From Mobula hypostoma (Eukaryota), in the NCBI RefSeq assembly GCF_963921235.1, contig NC_086118.1, positions 17,734,001 through 17,798,000 of the forward strand: a stretch of 64,000 nucleotides of DNA, written 5' to 3'. The notes below the pieces were generated by a model that was given only the letters and a program-made list of their open reading frames with translations, was not told the DNA's origin and did no database searches. A program made the position numbers and the translations under genes. This document shows positions 52,467 through 64,000 of the stretch, piece after piece; position 1 is the first letter of the stretch, and the number at the start of each line of letters is the position of its first letter.

Positions 52467-52704
52467 ATAGTAAGTTCAATTATGCACTTACTACCAGCTT
52501 AAGAGGTGATTAAACAAAGCAGTAGAATGCTGAAAATGCAGTTGCAGTGCCTCTAGATGCTCCTTCAGGAGGCACCCACAGGGATCTAGAAATACATTTC
52601 CACTACTCCAAGGAAAATAGTGCTATGCAGTTGAAAATCATGATATCCCAGGGGAGAGCACATTTCAAGATGTCTTCATGCTTAAGGGGAAATTTGTTTC
52701 CTTC

Positions 52705-53640
52705 AAAGTTCAAAAGTTCAAAGTAAATTTATCAAAGTACATATATGTCACCACATACAATCCTGAGATTCATTTTATTGTGGGCATACGCAGTAAATCC
52801 AAGAAACACAATAGAATTCAGGAAAGATCACACCCAACAGGATGGACAAGCAACCAATGTGCAAAGGACAGCCAACTGCAAATACAAAAAAAATCAAGAA
52901 TAACAAAAAAATAAACAATAAAATATTGAGACATTAAGATGAAGAGTCCTTTAGTCCATAGGTGTGGGGACAATTCAGTGATGGGGCAAGTGAAGATGAA
53001 TTTAAGTTGTCTCCTCTGATTCAAGTGCATGGTAGTTGAGGAGTAATAACTGTTCCTGAACCTGGTGATGTGGGTCCTGAGGCTCCTGTACCACCTTCCT
53101 GATGGCAGCAGCAAGATGAGAGCATGGCCAAGGTGGTGAGGATCCTCTGATGGATGCTGCTTCGCTCCATGTAGATGTGCTCAATTGTGGTGAGGGCTTT
53201 ATCTATGATGGACAAGGTCGTGTCCACTACTTTTTGTAGGATCTTCCATTCAAGAGCATTAGTGTTTCCATGCTAGGCCGTGATGCAACCAGTCAATATA
53301 CTCTCCACCACGCATCTACGGAGGTTCGTCAAAAGTTTTAGATGTCATAATGAATCTTCACAAACTTCTAAGGTCGAGGTGCTGCCGTGCTTTCATCATA
53401 ATTTCACTTTTAGGTATGATGGCCTCCGGACAGATTCTGTGAAATAATAACACCGACGAATTTAAAGTTATCGATCCTCACCATCTCTGATACCCCGATT
53501 AAAAACTGGTTAATGGATCTCTAGTTTCCTCTTCCTGAAGTCAGTAATCACCTTCTTGGTCTTGTTAACATTGAGTGAAAGGTTGTTGTTGTGGCACCAC
53601 TCAGCCGGATTTTCAATCTTCCTCCTATATGCTGATTCCT
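52705..53640 (-). mobile_element. Decayed Rex1/Babar-like LINE 3' fragment
   Basis: LLPSGRWYRSLRTHITRFRNSY; (aagttca) tail. Confidence 0.7.
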
Positions 53641-54960
53641 CATTTATTGGTGAGAAATTTGTTCCTTCAAATCATATCTAATTTACTGCAACACACAAAA
53701 TTCATCTTTTTTGAGATTTTCAACTTCATTGGTCTGAAAATGACCACTGTTGTCTATAGGTAAAATAATAATCTTTTACAAACCCTGTTTGTCCTGAAAT
53801 TTCTTGAAACTGAATAGTCAACATTCAGACTATATCTTGTCCTCATTAAGAACTCTAGGCTCCTATGACCTACTACTCCACTACTCTCAGCTTTCTAGAC
53901 TTGTGAACGTACTGAACTTCGCTGTTTCTGTTTCTGATTTCTCTCATATCTCACTATTTGCTGCCCTCTGTTACATTAACGTGGTCACCCAGACTTCTTC
54001 ATCTCCTGAAGCCCATAGGAGCAGTAAGAGCAGGGGCAAGAATTTGTCTGCATTGAAAGCTTCGTCAGAATGCAGGTACCCAAGAGTCTGCAGACATATT
54101 TTAACTGAGATCCCCTTCAGATCCTCATGTCAGAAGTTTTTGGCTAAAGGCTCGGAGGTCTCTAAAGAGCGTGTCTTGTAGTGGGCATTGTTTTATACCA
54201 GCTTATTCAGGTCTCTGTCGCCTGTGGCGAACACTTTCCCACCCATCCATTCTTTCATTTCATCATCCATTCACTCCCAGTAGGTAGTGGACGATTGCTT
54301 CCATTGAGGCCTGTCTCTTTAAGAACTGTCCGCAGAGATCGCACCAGCTAGTTGCTGAGTATTGCAAGATCCTGCCACACGTCAATAAAGAGCACCACAC
54401 TGAGCCAGCAACATCGGTTTCAGTCCTGTATTACACAGGATAAAGCCAACAGTGCTGTGAACCTTGTAATTGAAATTCCAGCTTTTTATATGAATTTTAT
54501 AAGCATCGTTAGAGTGATGCAATCTGCCATTTTCGTAACAGATGAGTAACATGGAGAAATTCCTAGGCTGGTCGTTTTAGCTGATCGCTTTGTACACGGC
54601 TGTGCAAGAGCAAGGTTTGGAAATGGAGAAGGAAGAAGGAAGGAGCTCAAATGATATGGAGAGGGAGTTGGAGGAGGATGGAGTTAAGGCCTCTTGAAGT
54701 CTTCCTGTTGTCATTGCTGCCCAGGATGCCACAATGTTCTCAACCATGCAAGCTGTATTAAAGTTGCACAAGCCCAACCATTATTCCTCCTCTTCTCAAC
54801 AAGAGCTCCTGGCTCAAACCAACCATTCATAACTTCACAATTTCCCCATTCCCCACCCAACAACTATCGTGCCCATCAATTTGTGTTTTCATGTTCTTCA
54901 TCCATCAGGTCATGGGGCAACTTAGCTCCCAGAGAAAGGGGGAAAAAAAAAATCAAAGAA

Positions 54961-57900
54961 ATAGAATAGTACGGCGCAGTACAGGCCCTTCGGCCCACAA
55001 TGTTGTGCCGACCCTCAAACCCTGCCTCCCATATAAACCCCCATCTTAAATTCCTCCATATATCTGTCTAGTAGTCTCTTAAATTTCACTAGTGTATATG
55101 CCTCCACCACTGACTCAGGCAGTGCATTCCACGAACCAACCACTCTCTGAATAAGAAACCTTCCTCTAATATCCTCCTTGAACTTCCCACCCCTTACCTT
55201 GGTAAATCTCCTCTGTACCCTTTCCAATGCTTCCACATCCTTCCTATAGTGAGGCGACCAGAACTGGACACAGTACTCCAAGTGTGGCCTAACCAGCGGT
55301 TTATAGAGCTGCATCATTACCTCGCGATTCTTAAACTCTATCCCTCGACTTATGAAAGCTAACACCCCATAAGCTTTCTTAACTACCCTATCCATCTGTG
55401 AGGCAACTTTCAGGGATCTGTGGACATGTACCCCCAGATCCCTCTGCTCCTTCACACTACTAAGTATCCTGCCATTTAGTTTGTACTCTGCCTTGGAGTT
55501 TGTCCTTCCAAAATGTACCACCTCACACTTCTCCGGGTTGAACTCCATCTGCCACTTCTCAGCCCACTTCTGCATCCTGTCAATGTCTCTCTGCAATCTT
55601 CGGCGATCCTCTACACTATTTACAACACCACCAACCGGCAAACTTGCCAACCCACCCTTCTACCCCCACATCCAGGTTGTTAATAAAAATTACAAAAAGT
55701 AGAGGTCCCAGAACAGATCCTTGTGCGACACCACTAGTCACAATCCTCCAATCTGAATGTACTCCCTCCACCACGACCCTCTGTGCCTTCTGCAGGCAAG
55801 CCAATTCTGAGTCCACCTGGCCAAACTTCTCTGGATACCATGCCTTCTGACTTTCTGAATAAGCTTACCTTGTGGAACTTGTCAAATGCCTTACTAAAAT
55901 CCATATAGATCACAACCACTGCACTACCCTCATCTATATGCCTGGTCACCTCCTCAAAGAACTCTATCAGGCTTGTTAGACATGATCTGCCCTTCACAAA
56001 GCCATGCTGACTATCCCTGATCAGACCATGATTCTCTAAATGCCCAGAGATCCTATCTCTAACAATCTTTTCCAACAGCTTTCCCACCACAGACGTAAGG
56101 CTCACTGGTCTAGAATTACCCAGACTATCCCTACTACCTTTTTTGAAGAAGGGGACAACATTTGCCTCCCTCCAATCCTCCAGTACCATTCCCGTGGACA
56201 ACGAGGACATAAAGATCCTAGCCAGAGGCTCAGCAATCTCTTTCCCCACCTCGTGGAGCAGCCTGGGGAATATTCCATCAGGCCCCGAGGACTTATCCGT
56301 CCTAATGTATTTTAACAACTCCAACACCACCTCTCCCTTAATATCAACATGCTCCAGAACATGAACCTCACTCATATTGTCCTCACCATCATCAAGTTCC
56401 CTCTCATTGGTGAATACCGAAGAGAAGTATTCGTTGAGGACCTCGCTCACTTCTACAGCCTCCAGGCACATCTTCCACCTTTTTCTCTAATCGGTCCTAT
56501 CTTCACACCTGTCATCATTTTTTTCTTTACATAATTGAAGAATGCCTTGGGGTTTTCCTTTACCCTACTCGCCAAGGCTTTCTCATGCCCCCTTCTTGCT
56601 CTTCTCAGCCCCTTCTTAAGCTCCTTTCTTGCTTCCCTATATTCCTCAATAGACCCATCTGATCCTTGCTTCCTAAACCTCATGTATGCTGCCTTCTTCC
56701 TTCTGACTAGATTTTCCACCTCACTTGTCACCCATGGTTCCTTCACCCTACCATTCTTTATCTTCCTCACCGGGACATATTCATCCCTAACATCCTACAA
56801 GAGATCTCTAAACATCGACCACATGCCCATAGTACATTTCCCTGCAAAAACATCATCCCAATTCACACCTGCAAGTTCTAGCCTTATAGCCTCACAATTT
56901 GCCCTTCTCCAATTAAAAATTTTCCTGTCCTATTCTATCCTTGTCCATGATATTGCTAAAGGCCAGGGAGCAGTGGTCACTGTCCCTCAGATGCTCACCC
57001 ACTGAGAGGTCTGTGCTCTGACCCGGTTCATTACCTAGTACTAGATCTAGTATGGCATTCCCCCTGGTCGGCCTGTCCACATACTGTGACGGGAATCCGT
57101 CTTGGACACACTTAGCAAACTCTGCCCCCATCTAAACCCTTGGAACTAATCAGGTGCCAATCAACATTAGGGAAGTTAAAGTCACCCATGATAACAACCG
57201 TGTTATTTTTGCACCTTTCCAAAATCTGCCTCCCAATCTGCTCCTCTGTATCTCTGCTGCTACCAGGGGGCCTATAGAATACCCTCAGTAGAGTAACTGC
57301 TCCCTTCCTGTTCCTGATTTCCATCCATACTGACTCAAAAGAGGATCCTACTACGTTAACCACCTTTTCTGTAGCTGTAATAGTTTCCCTGACCAGTAAT
57401 GCCATCCCTCCTCCCCTTTTTCTGCCCTCTCTATCCCTTTTAAAGCACTGCAATCCAGGAATATTGAGAATCCATTCCTGCCCTGGTGCCAGCCAAGTCT
57501 CTGTAATGGCCACTACATCATAATTCCATGTATGTATCATTGAGGTACACACATTTCAGCCCTTCTACCTTACTGTCTTTGCACCGTTTATTCTGCTTCT
57601 CTTTCGTCAAAGCCTCTCTGTATGTTAGATCCGGCTTTACTCCATGCACTTCTTTCACTGCTCTATCGCTCTGGGTCCCATCCTCCTTGCAAATTAGTTT
57701 AAACCCTCCCGAACCATGCTCGCAAACCTACCTGCAAGGATATTGCTCCCCCTCGAGCTCAGGTGCAACCCATCCAATCTGTACAGTTTCCACCTTCCCC
57801 AGAAGAGACCCCAATGATCTAAAAATCTAAAACCCTGCTCCCTGCACCAACTCCTCAGCCTCGCATTCAACTGCCATCTCCTCCAATTCTTACCATCACT

Positions 57901-58217
57901 GTCACGTAGCACTGGCAGCAGTCCTGAGAACGCCACCCTTGAGGTCCTGTTCTTCAGCTTTCTGCCTAGTTCCCGAAACTCACACTTCAGGACAGCATCC
58001 CTGTTCTCAACATGTATCGCGACCTCTGGTTGCTTTCCCTCACGTACCAGGATGTCATGCACCGGTCAGAGACATCCCGGACCCTGGCACCCGGGAGGCA
58101 ACAAACCATGTGGGTGTCCTTCTCACGTCCACAAAATCTCCTGTCTGCTCCGCTGACTATAGGGTCTCCAATGACGACAGCTCTCTTCTTCTCCGTCCCA
58201 CGCTTCTGCACCACCAG
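54961..58217 (-). mobile_element. CR1-clade LINE (partial ORF1 esterase + ORF2) with internal deletions
   Basis: AVVIGDPIVSG esterase, ITETWL, GDFNF, RT motifs; an apparent deletion joins VQRRFT to KVRGGKF near 55200; AAGAA at both flanks (54956-54960, 58218-58222). Confidence 0.9.
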
Positions 58218-58307
58218 AAGAATCAGTGAAGAATGAAATGTGGAAAGAGAATAAAATGTGGATGAGAAGAATAGCATCTGTGTGAGCTACATGAAGACCC
58301 ACTGCAG

Positions 58308-58432
58308 GCTGAGATGTTTCATCAGGACTGGGGGAGAATGCTGAAGGGCCTCGGCCTGAAATGTTGACTGTTAATTCCTTTCCATAGACGGTACCTGACC
58401 TGCTTAGTTCCTCCAGCATTTTGTGTGATTAC
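58308..58432. mobile_element. Short Penelope-derived element with a degenerate hammerhead region
   Basis: gaagggcctcggcctgaaatgttgactg...cctgacctgcttagttcctccagcattttgtgtg; related pieces at ~36570-36710 and ~61700-61890. Confidence 0.55.
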
Positions 58433-59419
58433 CCTGAAAATTTCTTTTGTAACTTCCCCACGTGGTGCAACTTATCCTGCTTCAGCAGATAATGAGGCTG
58501 GCTGCTCAAGTCTCTGCTTTGGGTGTTGGTATGATCTTGTCTGACATCCGTGGGGTTTTGGCCCAAGGAGCACATCGAGGATAGTTTCACATGTGCTGTG
58601 TGATAGTAGATTCATTGGGAGATTAGTACTAGTAGGGCTGTTGCCCAGGAACTGGGCTGCGTTGAGGTTAAATGGAGAATGCAAAACATCATTTCAGGAG
58701 ATCTGTCATAGAATGTGCTCTTTCATAGTGACACACGCTCAGAAACAGGCCCTTCAGTCCATCAAGTCAATGTTAACCATCCACCATCCAAAGTGAATTA
58801 TATGAATTGTTTGATTGTTGGGGTTTTTTGTATTGCTATATTTACACTCTATTCTTGGTTGGCGCGGCTGTAACAAAACCAAATTTCCCTCAGGATTAAT
58901 AAAGTATATCTATCTATCTATCTGACTACTAATCCTAAAGTAGAACCATAGAATCCACTTTGCTGAAAAAAGTTTTGCTGCAGGTACATACAACCTTGTA
59001 GGGCCAGGTTCCATGTGAGGATAAGTTTGCACCTGTAATCTGAAGCATGGTGATGAAAGTCTGTTTGGACCATTGGACAGTACTTGGTGCTGACCCCTCC
59101 ATTCGTAGAAAGAGCCTTGATCTCACCTCTCTAATCTTTTATGTGAGTTCTTCCAAAATCTCTGTAAATGTGGTGATTCAATCCAGACGATTTTCTGTGT
59201 TTTGCATTTTGTGAGGTCAGAGATTCTCCTTCTTATTGATGGCTCCTGAGCGACAGCACCTGTGTTCTGCTCAGCAGGGCTTGGAGGAAGCTGTGCCTTC
59301 TGATGCACACTCAACACTGCTGTCACTATCACCATCTGCTCCTGCTCGCATGTTCTAAGCAGGCCATCCACTAAGAATCCAACCAGCTCCATTACTAATC
59401 CACTGAAGTGTGAGTAATT

Positions 59420-60520
59420 GGACTCACACTGTGGGGGCACCACAGTGATGTTCAACACACTCTCTACACTCATGACTGTGTGGCTAGGCACCACTCAAAC
59501 AGCAGTTGTAAATTTGCCAGTGATATCACTGTTGTTGGCAGAATCTCAGAGGCATACAGGAGTGAGATAGATCAACTGGTGTTGCAACAACAGCCTACCA
59601 CTCAACAGCAGCGCAACCTCAGAAAGAGAAAAAACCAAAGAAACAAGGAACGAAATGTGGAAAGAGAAGAAAAGGACTGTGGAGAGATGGAGAAAAATAA
59701 AATGTCGACAAGAAGAACGGCATCTTGTGTGAACTACATAAAGACTACCTGCAGCATTTTATCAGCACCAATATGTGGACCGTTTTTGAAAATAAAGCTG
59801 AATATTTATTTTTTTACTTCTTCATGTGATGAAACTTATGCAGCTTCAGCAGATGATTGTGGACTTCAGAATGAGAAAGCCAAAAGAACATACACCAGTC
59901 CTCGTTGAGTGGTCAATGGTGGAAAGGAAGGGCTACTCCAAGTTTCTGGGCATCAGAGGATGTATCCTGGGTCCAACATATTGATGCAATCGTGAAGAAG
60001 ATATGCTAGTAGATTTCCTTTATTAAAAGTTTGAAGAGATGTGGCATATCCCTGAAGGTTCCTGCAAATTTCTACAGATGTTCCATGGAGTGCATTCTGA
60101 CTGTGTGCATCACCACCTTCAGTGCACAGGATCCCAAAGGCTCCAGGTGGTTGCCAGCTCCATCACGAGCTCAAATATCCCCACCATTGAGGACATCTTC
60201 AAAAGGCAGTGCCTCATGAAGGTGGCATCTATCGTTAAGGGCCCTCACCAACCAAGGCATGACCTAATCTCATTACTATCACTGAGGAGATGTGGAAGGG
60301 CCTGAAGACCCACGTTCAAAGTTTTAGGACAGTTTCTTCCTTTCCACTATCAGGTTTCTTGAAAGTTCCATGAATACTATACTCCTTTGTTGCTATTTAT
60401 TCATCTATTTATTTATTTATTGACTTACTGTATAGTAATTTTGTATTATATTGCTGCTGCAAAATAACTAATTTCATGACATACAGTATGTCAGTGATAA
60501 TAAACCTGATTCTGACTCTG
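59420..60520 (+). mobile_element. Decayed Rex1/Babar-like LINE 3' fragment
   Basis: KFASDITVVGRIS, NFYRCSMECIL, PTIEDIFKRQCL; ends aataaacctgattctgactctg. Confidence 0.7.
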
Positions 60521-61929
60521 GATATAAACATTAGTTGAAAGACAATGGTTTGTGAGGGTGGAATGCTGAGTAACGTATGAATAGTAACTACTATCCAAAG
60601 GAGCTATAGATCATATGGAACCCCAGGAAAGAAGGTGAAGCATCATTCAAACAATTCAAAATTGGTGATCAGGAAACACATGGTTGAACAAATGGAAAAT
60701 CAAAGCAAATTCATCAAATCATCCCGATTATTTTGGGTACTCCAAAATATCTGAGTATGAATGAAGAGTTCTGGTTGCTAATAGAATACACATCATGATA
60801 TTTGAGATGCACGGTGGTACCTGCGAGATTGGTGCTGATAGTGCATTGTAGCCTAAATAATTTGCAGCACCAGTTCTGTTGCAGTTGAGAGAATGACTGA
60901 AATGTAAATTTATTGTCACTGGTGATGTTCAGGATTGATATCTTCGACCCTTTATCTGACACTGAATTGAGTGCTGTCTAATAAATCAAAGCTTTATCCA
61001 GTTGCACTGCTGACTGTGCATTAAGAGCTTCTGATTTACATTGGCAGCAGCTTTATTATAGTATAAATTACTGTACAGTAACAAATTCCAGGGGAGCTGC
61101 TCATAGAGAAAACAAAGCTCTCTTTGATCAAAGTCAAACTCAACACCATGAAGGAAATAAGGGCTGCAGTGGTCTTTGGCTGTGTTGAGCGAATGCTTTG
61201 TTATGTTGTATGGTGTATGTAATACAGTTAACTACCAGCATGGTGATTTACTCCTGCACGATCTCAAATTCCAGTGTTCTTTTTCGTATGGAATGATATT
61301 TTGCGGAGTGGGGGGGAGGTTGTTTGCAATTTGTCACATTGCAAAATGGATTAAAGTATTGAGGATCATAATATAATTAACTGGCAGCTTTGTTCTGAAT
61401 TCTGAATACTTAAATAGGTAACACCTATTGTATGAATTCAGTTAAGCATTCAGAATGAGACGTTTGAAGTTGGGCATTTGTAGTATAAAAAGTGATTAAA
61501 GAAATCACCCTCCCTGTAAACACTCTTATAGGATGGTACCCTTTAAATTAGAGTTGATCAGAATGTGTCTTAGAACAGCTATTGCATTGGTGATCACTTG
61601 CCAATGAATTGATCAGAGGTTGAATTAAAAAATAAAGAGATTGGTAGCTCTGTGTTTATTGTTGGGTGGAGGGGTTTGGATGGTGGAGATTCGAGATTGG
61701 AGATGCTGGAATCTGGAGCAACAGGCAGTCCACTGGAAGACTGAGTGAGGCAAGCAGCCCTGCTGGAAACTTCCCTCCCTTTTCTCAGTCCTGATGCGGG
61801 ATTTCAACTCAAACCGTTGACCGTCCCTTTCACTCCTACAATCACTGTTCGACCTGCTGAGTTCCTCCAGTTAAGTAATTGTTTGTTCCCGTGGATGGGG
61901 CAATGTCCTTTTGGGATGATTGTTTAGAG

Positions 61930-62153
61930 CAGTGGTCCTCAACCACCGGGCCGCAAAGCATGTTCTACCGGGCCACAAGAAGACAATATGATTTGGCGAT
62001 ATGGAACGATGTGAGTCAGCTGCACCTTTTCTCATTCCCTGTCATGCACTGTTGAACTTGAACCCCCCCACCGCCCCCACCGTCTCAGCCGGTCAGCAGG
62101 AATATTGTAAATATTAAACCGGTCTGCGGTGCAAAAAAGTTTGGGGACCCCTG
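61930..62153. mobile_element. hAT (Charlie-type) MITE, 224 bp
   Basis: TIRs cagtggtcctcaacc / tttggggacccctg; 8-bp TSD GTTTAGAG / GCTTAGAG. Confidence 0.85.
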
Positions 62154-62659
62154 GCTTAGAGAATGTAATGGATGGGGGTGGGGGGAAGAGACAGAAAGCA
62201 CTTTGAGCAGGAATTGAGAGAAAAGAAGGATAATTATTTTGAGAGTTTGGTGAAGGAAGAGTGGATCGATCCTGTATTAGGGATAGGGAAAGAGAGAGAC
62301 TTTACAAATAAGCAGATGTGGGAAACAAAATACTTCCTGTTGCTTGAAGGGATTAAGTTAGAGTGAAAAAGAGGTGGTATAGGTAAGAGTGCACTGCAGA
62401 TTTACTCATGACTTGCTGATAGTAATTCTGTGTCTATATTTTGAACAGTACCTTTGATTTACCATGATAAATCCTGTGGGAAAGGCTGGTTGCATTTTGC
62501 AATATATAGTATGTGCATCTCCTCAAGTAATAGATAGTATGCACTAGATAATGGTATCAGAACCCGATTATCAATATAATAATTAACATTCCAGATTACC
62601 TAGCTGATAACAACAGGATTTTTTTTATATGAATCAGTGATCTTAAATGCTTTGAAGAA

Positions 62660-63815
62660 GATGGACACACGCTGCAGCAGACAGGAAGGCTTTGCAATGG
62701 GTAGTCAAAATTGCCCAATGCACCACCGGCCTCAGCCGACCAACCATCAAGGATGTATACAGAAATCTGCCAGAAAAGGGCCAGGAACATCACGTAGGAT
62801 CCTGCCCACCCTGCTCATGGACTGTTTGTCCCACTCTTATCAGCAAGGACACTACTTAGCATCCATGTCAGGACCACACTGGCTCAAAAACAGTTACTTT
62901 CTCCAAGCAGTAAGGCTGATCAACACCTCCTCCCACTTACCCAGTGGTTCCCAACCTCCGGGCCGCGGACTGATACCGGGCCACGAAGCATGCAGGGTGC
63001 AGTGGTAGCCGGACTGCACCCAGCACATCTTTAAGAAAAAAGCCAAAATAAACAAGCTAATTAATTAGGTGCCGCCCAGAAGCCAGTCTTCATTAGGGGA
63101 ACTGAGGTGGAGAGGGTCAATAACTTTAAATTCCTCGGCATTAAGGATCGACGTTTCTGTCTCTGAAAAGTGTCAGAGGATCTGTCCTGGGACCAGCACG
63201 TAACTGTCATTACAAAGAAAGCACGGCAGTGCCTATACTTTATTAGAAGTTTGTGTAGATTCAACATGTCACCTCGATCCTGACAGCCCTGTCTTTTCAG
63301 CTGGTCTGGGCTGGCGTTTAAATTGACCAAACAATGGAACAGCTAAAGGCTCCAGCGCCCTGGAAAAGGAGTGAACATCGCGTAGAGCAAATGAAATTGG
63401 CAATCGCCTCTGATCTGGGTCGACATTTATGTGCCAGGCGGCACCTAATTAGCTTGTTTATTTTGGCTTTTTTCTTAAAGATGTGCTGGGTGCGCTCCGG
63501 CTACTACTGCACCCCTGCATGCTCTGCGGCCCAGAGGTTGGGGACCACTGCACTAACCCACCCCTCTACACCCCCAACCACCACTACTTTTATCATTTGT
63601 CAGTCACCTTGTGTACAGACACTCTTGTGTCACTTTATGGGCATACAGCAAGTCTGTATATATAAGCTATTTTATGTATTTTTATTTATTGTGTTTCATT
63701 AATGTTATGTTCTATATCTTATTGTGTTTTTTGTTTGTGGTATATCAGATCCGGAGTACTCTTCTTTACATTTGTGCACTGGAAGTGACATTAAACAATC
63801 TTGAATCTTGAATCA
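62660..63815 (+). mobile_element. Rex1/Babar-like LINE 3' fragment hosting a hAT MITE
   Basis: LKNSYFLQAVRLIN; (aatcttg)n tail near 63797-63813. Confidence 0.7.
62942..63550. mobile_element. hAT MITE with long subterminal inverted repeats and a captured LINE fragment
   Basis: cagtggttcccaacct / aggttggggaccactg; 8-bp TSD CACTTACC / CACTAACC; ~120-130 bp inverted arms. Confidence 0.88.
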
Positions 63816-64000
63816 CCTGTCTGTAACATTAAGAACCAATTCTGAATCCAACCCACAAACATTCAATTATGGATGCATCATTTTGTCATATTTAACTGGT
63901 TAAAGAACGTCTCTGCTACTGTTCTGAAAAACCTGAGAGCCCATAAGGAATGAACTGATAAGTGAGGAGCTTGTTTTCTTACAATAGATAGCAACATTTA

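Noticed and set aside
58311..58370. Hammerhead-like motifs on both strands; another at ~61785-61825
   Set aside because: The core boxes are mutated (CUGANGA or GAAA broken), so these are probably inactive relics.
60975..61140. TCF/LEF (ATCAAAG) and Hox/Pbx-like motif cluster as an enhancer
   Set aside because: Cannot be supported from sequence alone.
1073..63811. Remaining short ORFs in the track as novel genes
   Set aside because: They are antisense or off-frame readings of transposon remnants or AT-rich intron, with no recognisable domains.

Overview
This is eukaryotic (vertebrate) genomic DNA. The repeat landscape (V-SINE/HE1-like SINEs, CR1, Rex1/Babar, RTE, Penelope-like, Mag-type Ty3/Gypsy) suggests a cartilaginous fish; that is an inference. 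The only host gene I can see is five consecutive + strand coding exons of an outer-arm axonemal dynein heavy chain, best matching DNAH9 (linker end to AAA1, with Walker A and B). All have AG/GT boundaries and consistent phase, and the last intron runs off the window (>27 kb). Everything else is intronic, mostly decayed and nested transposons. Most notable: (1) a complete HDV-like ribozyme fold, with an unusual extra helix in L3, whose predicted cleavage site is the 5' end of an endonuclease-deleted RTE element (32302-32493, -); (2) a mariner MITE that has captured an inverted ~1.07 kb copy of its own upstream flank, creating a long intronic palindrome (43462-45871); (3) a 17 kb nested transposon stack in one intron; (4) a minimal hammerhead ribozyme in a Penelope-like fragment; (5) a Gypsy provirus with only a 3' LTR and no target-site duplication. 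All calls were made by eye, and boundaries of old repeats are approximate.
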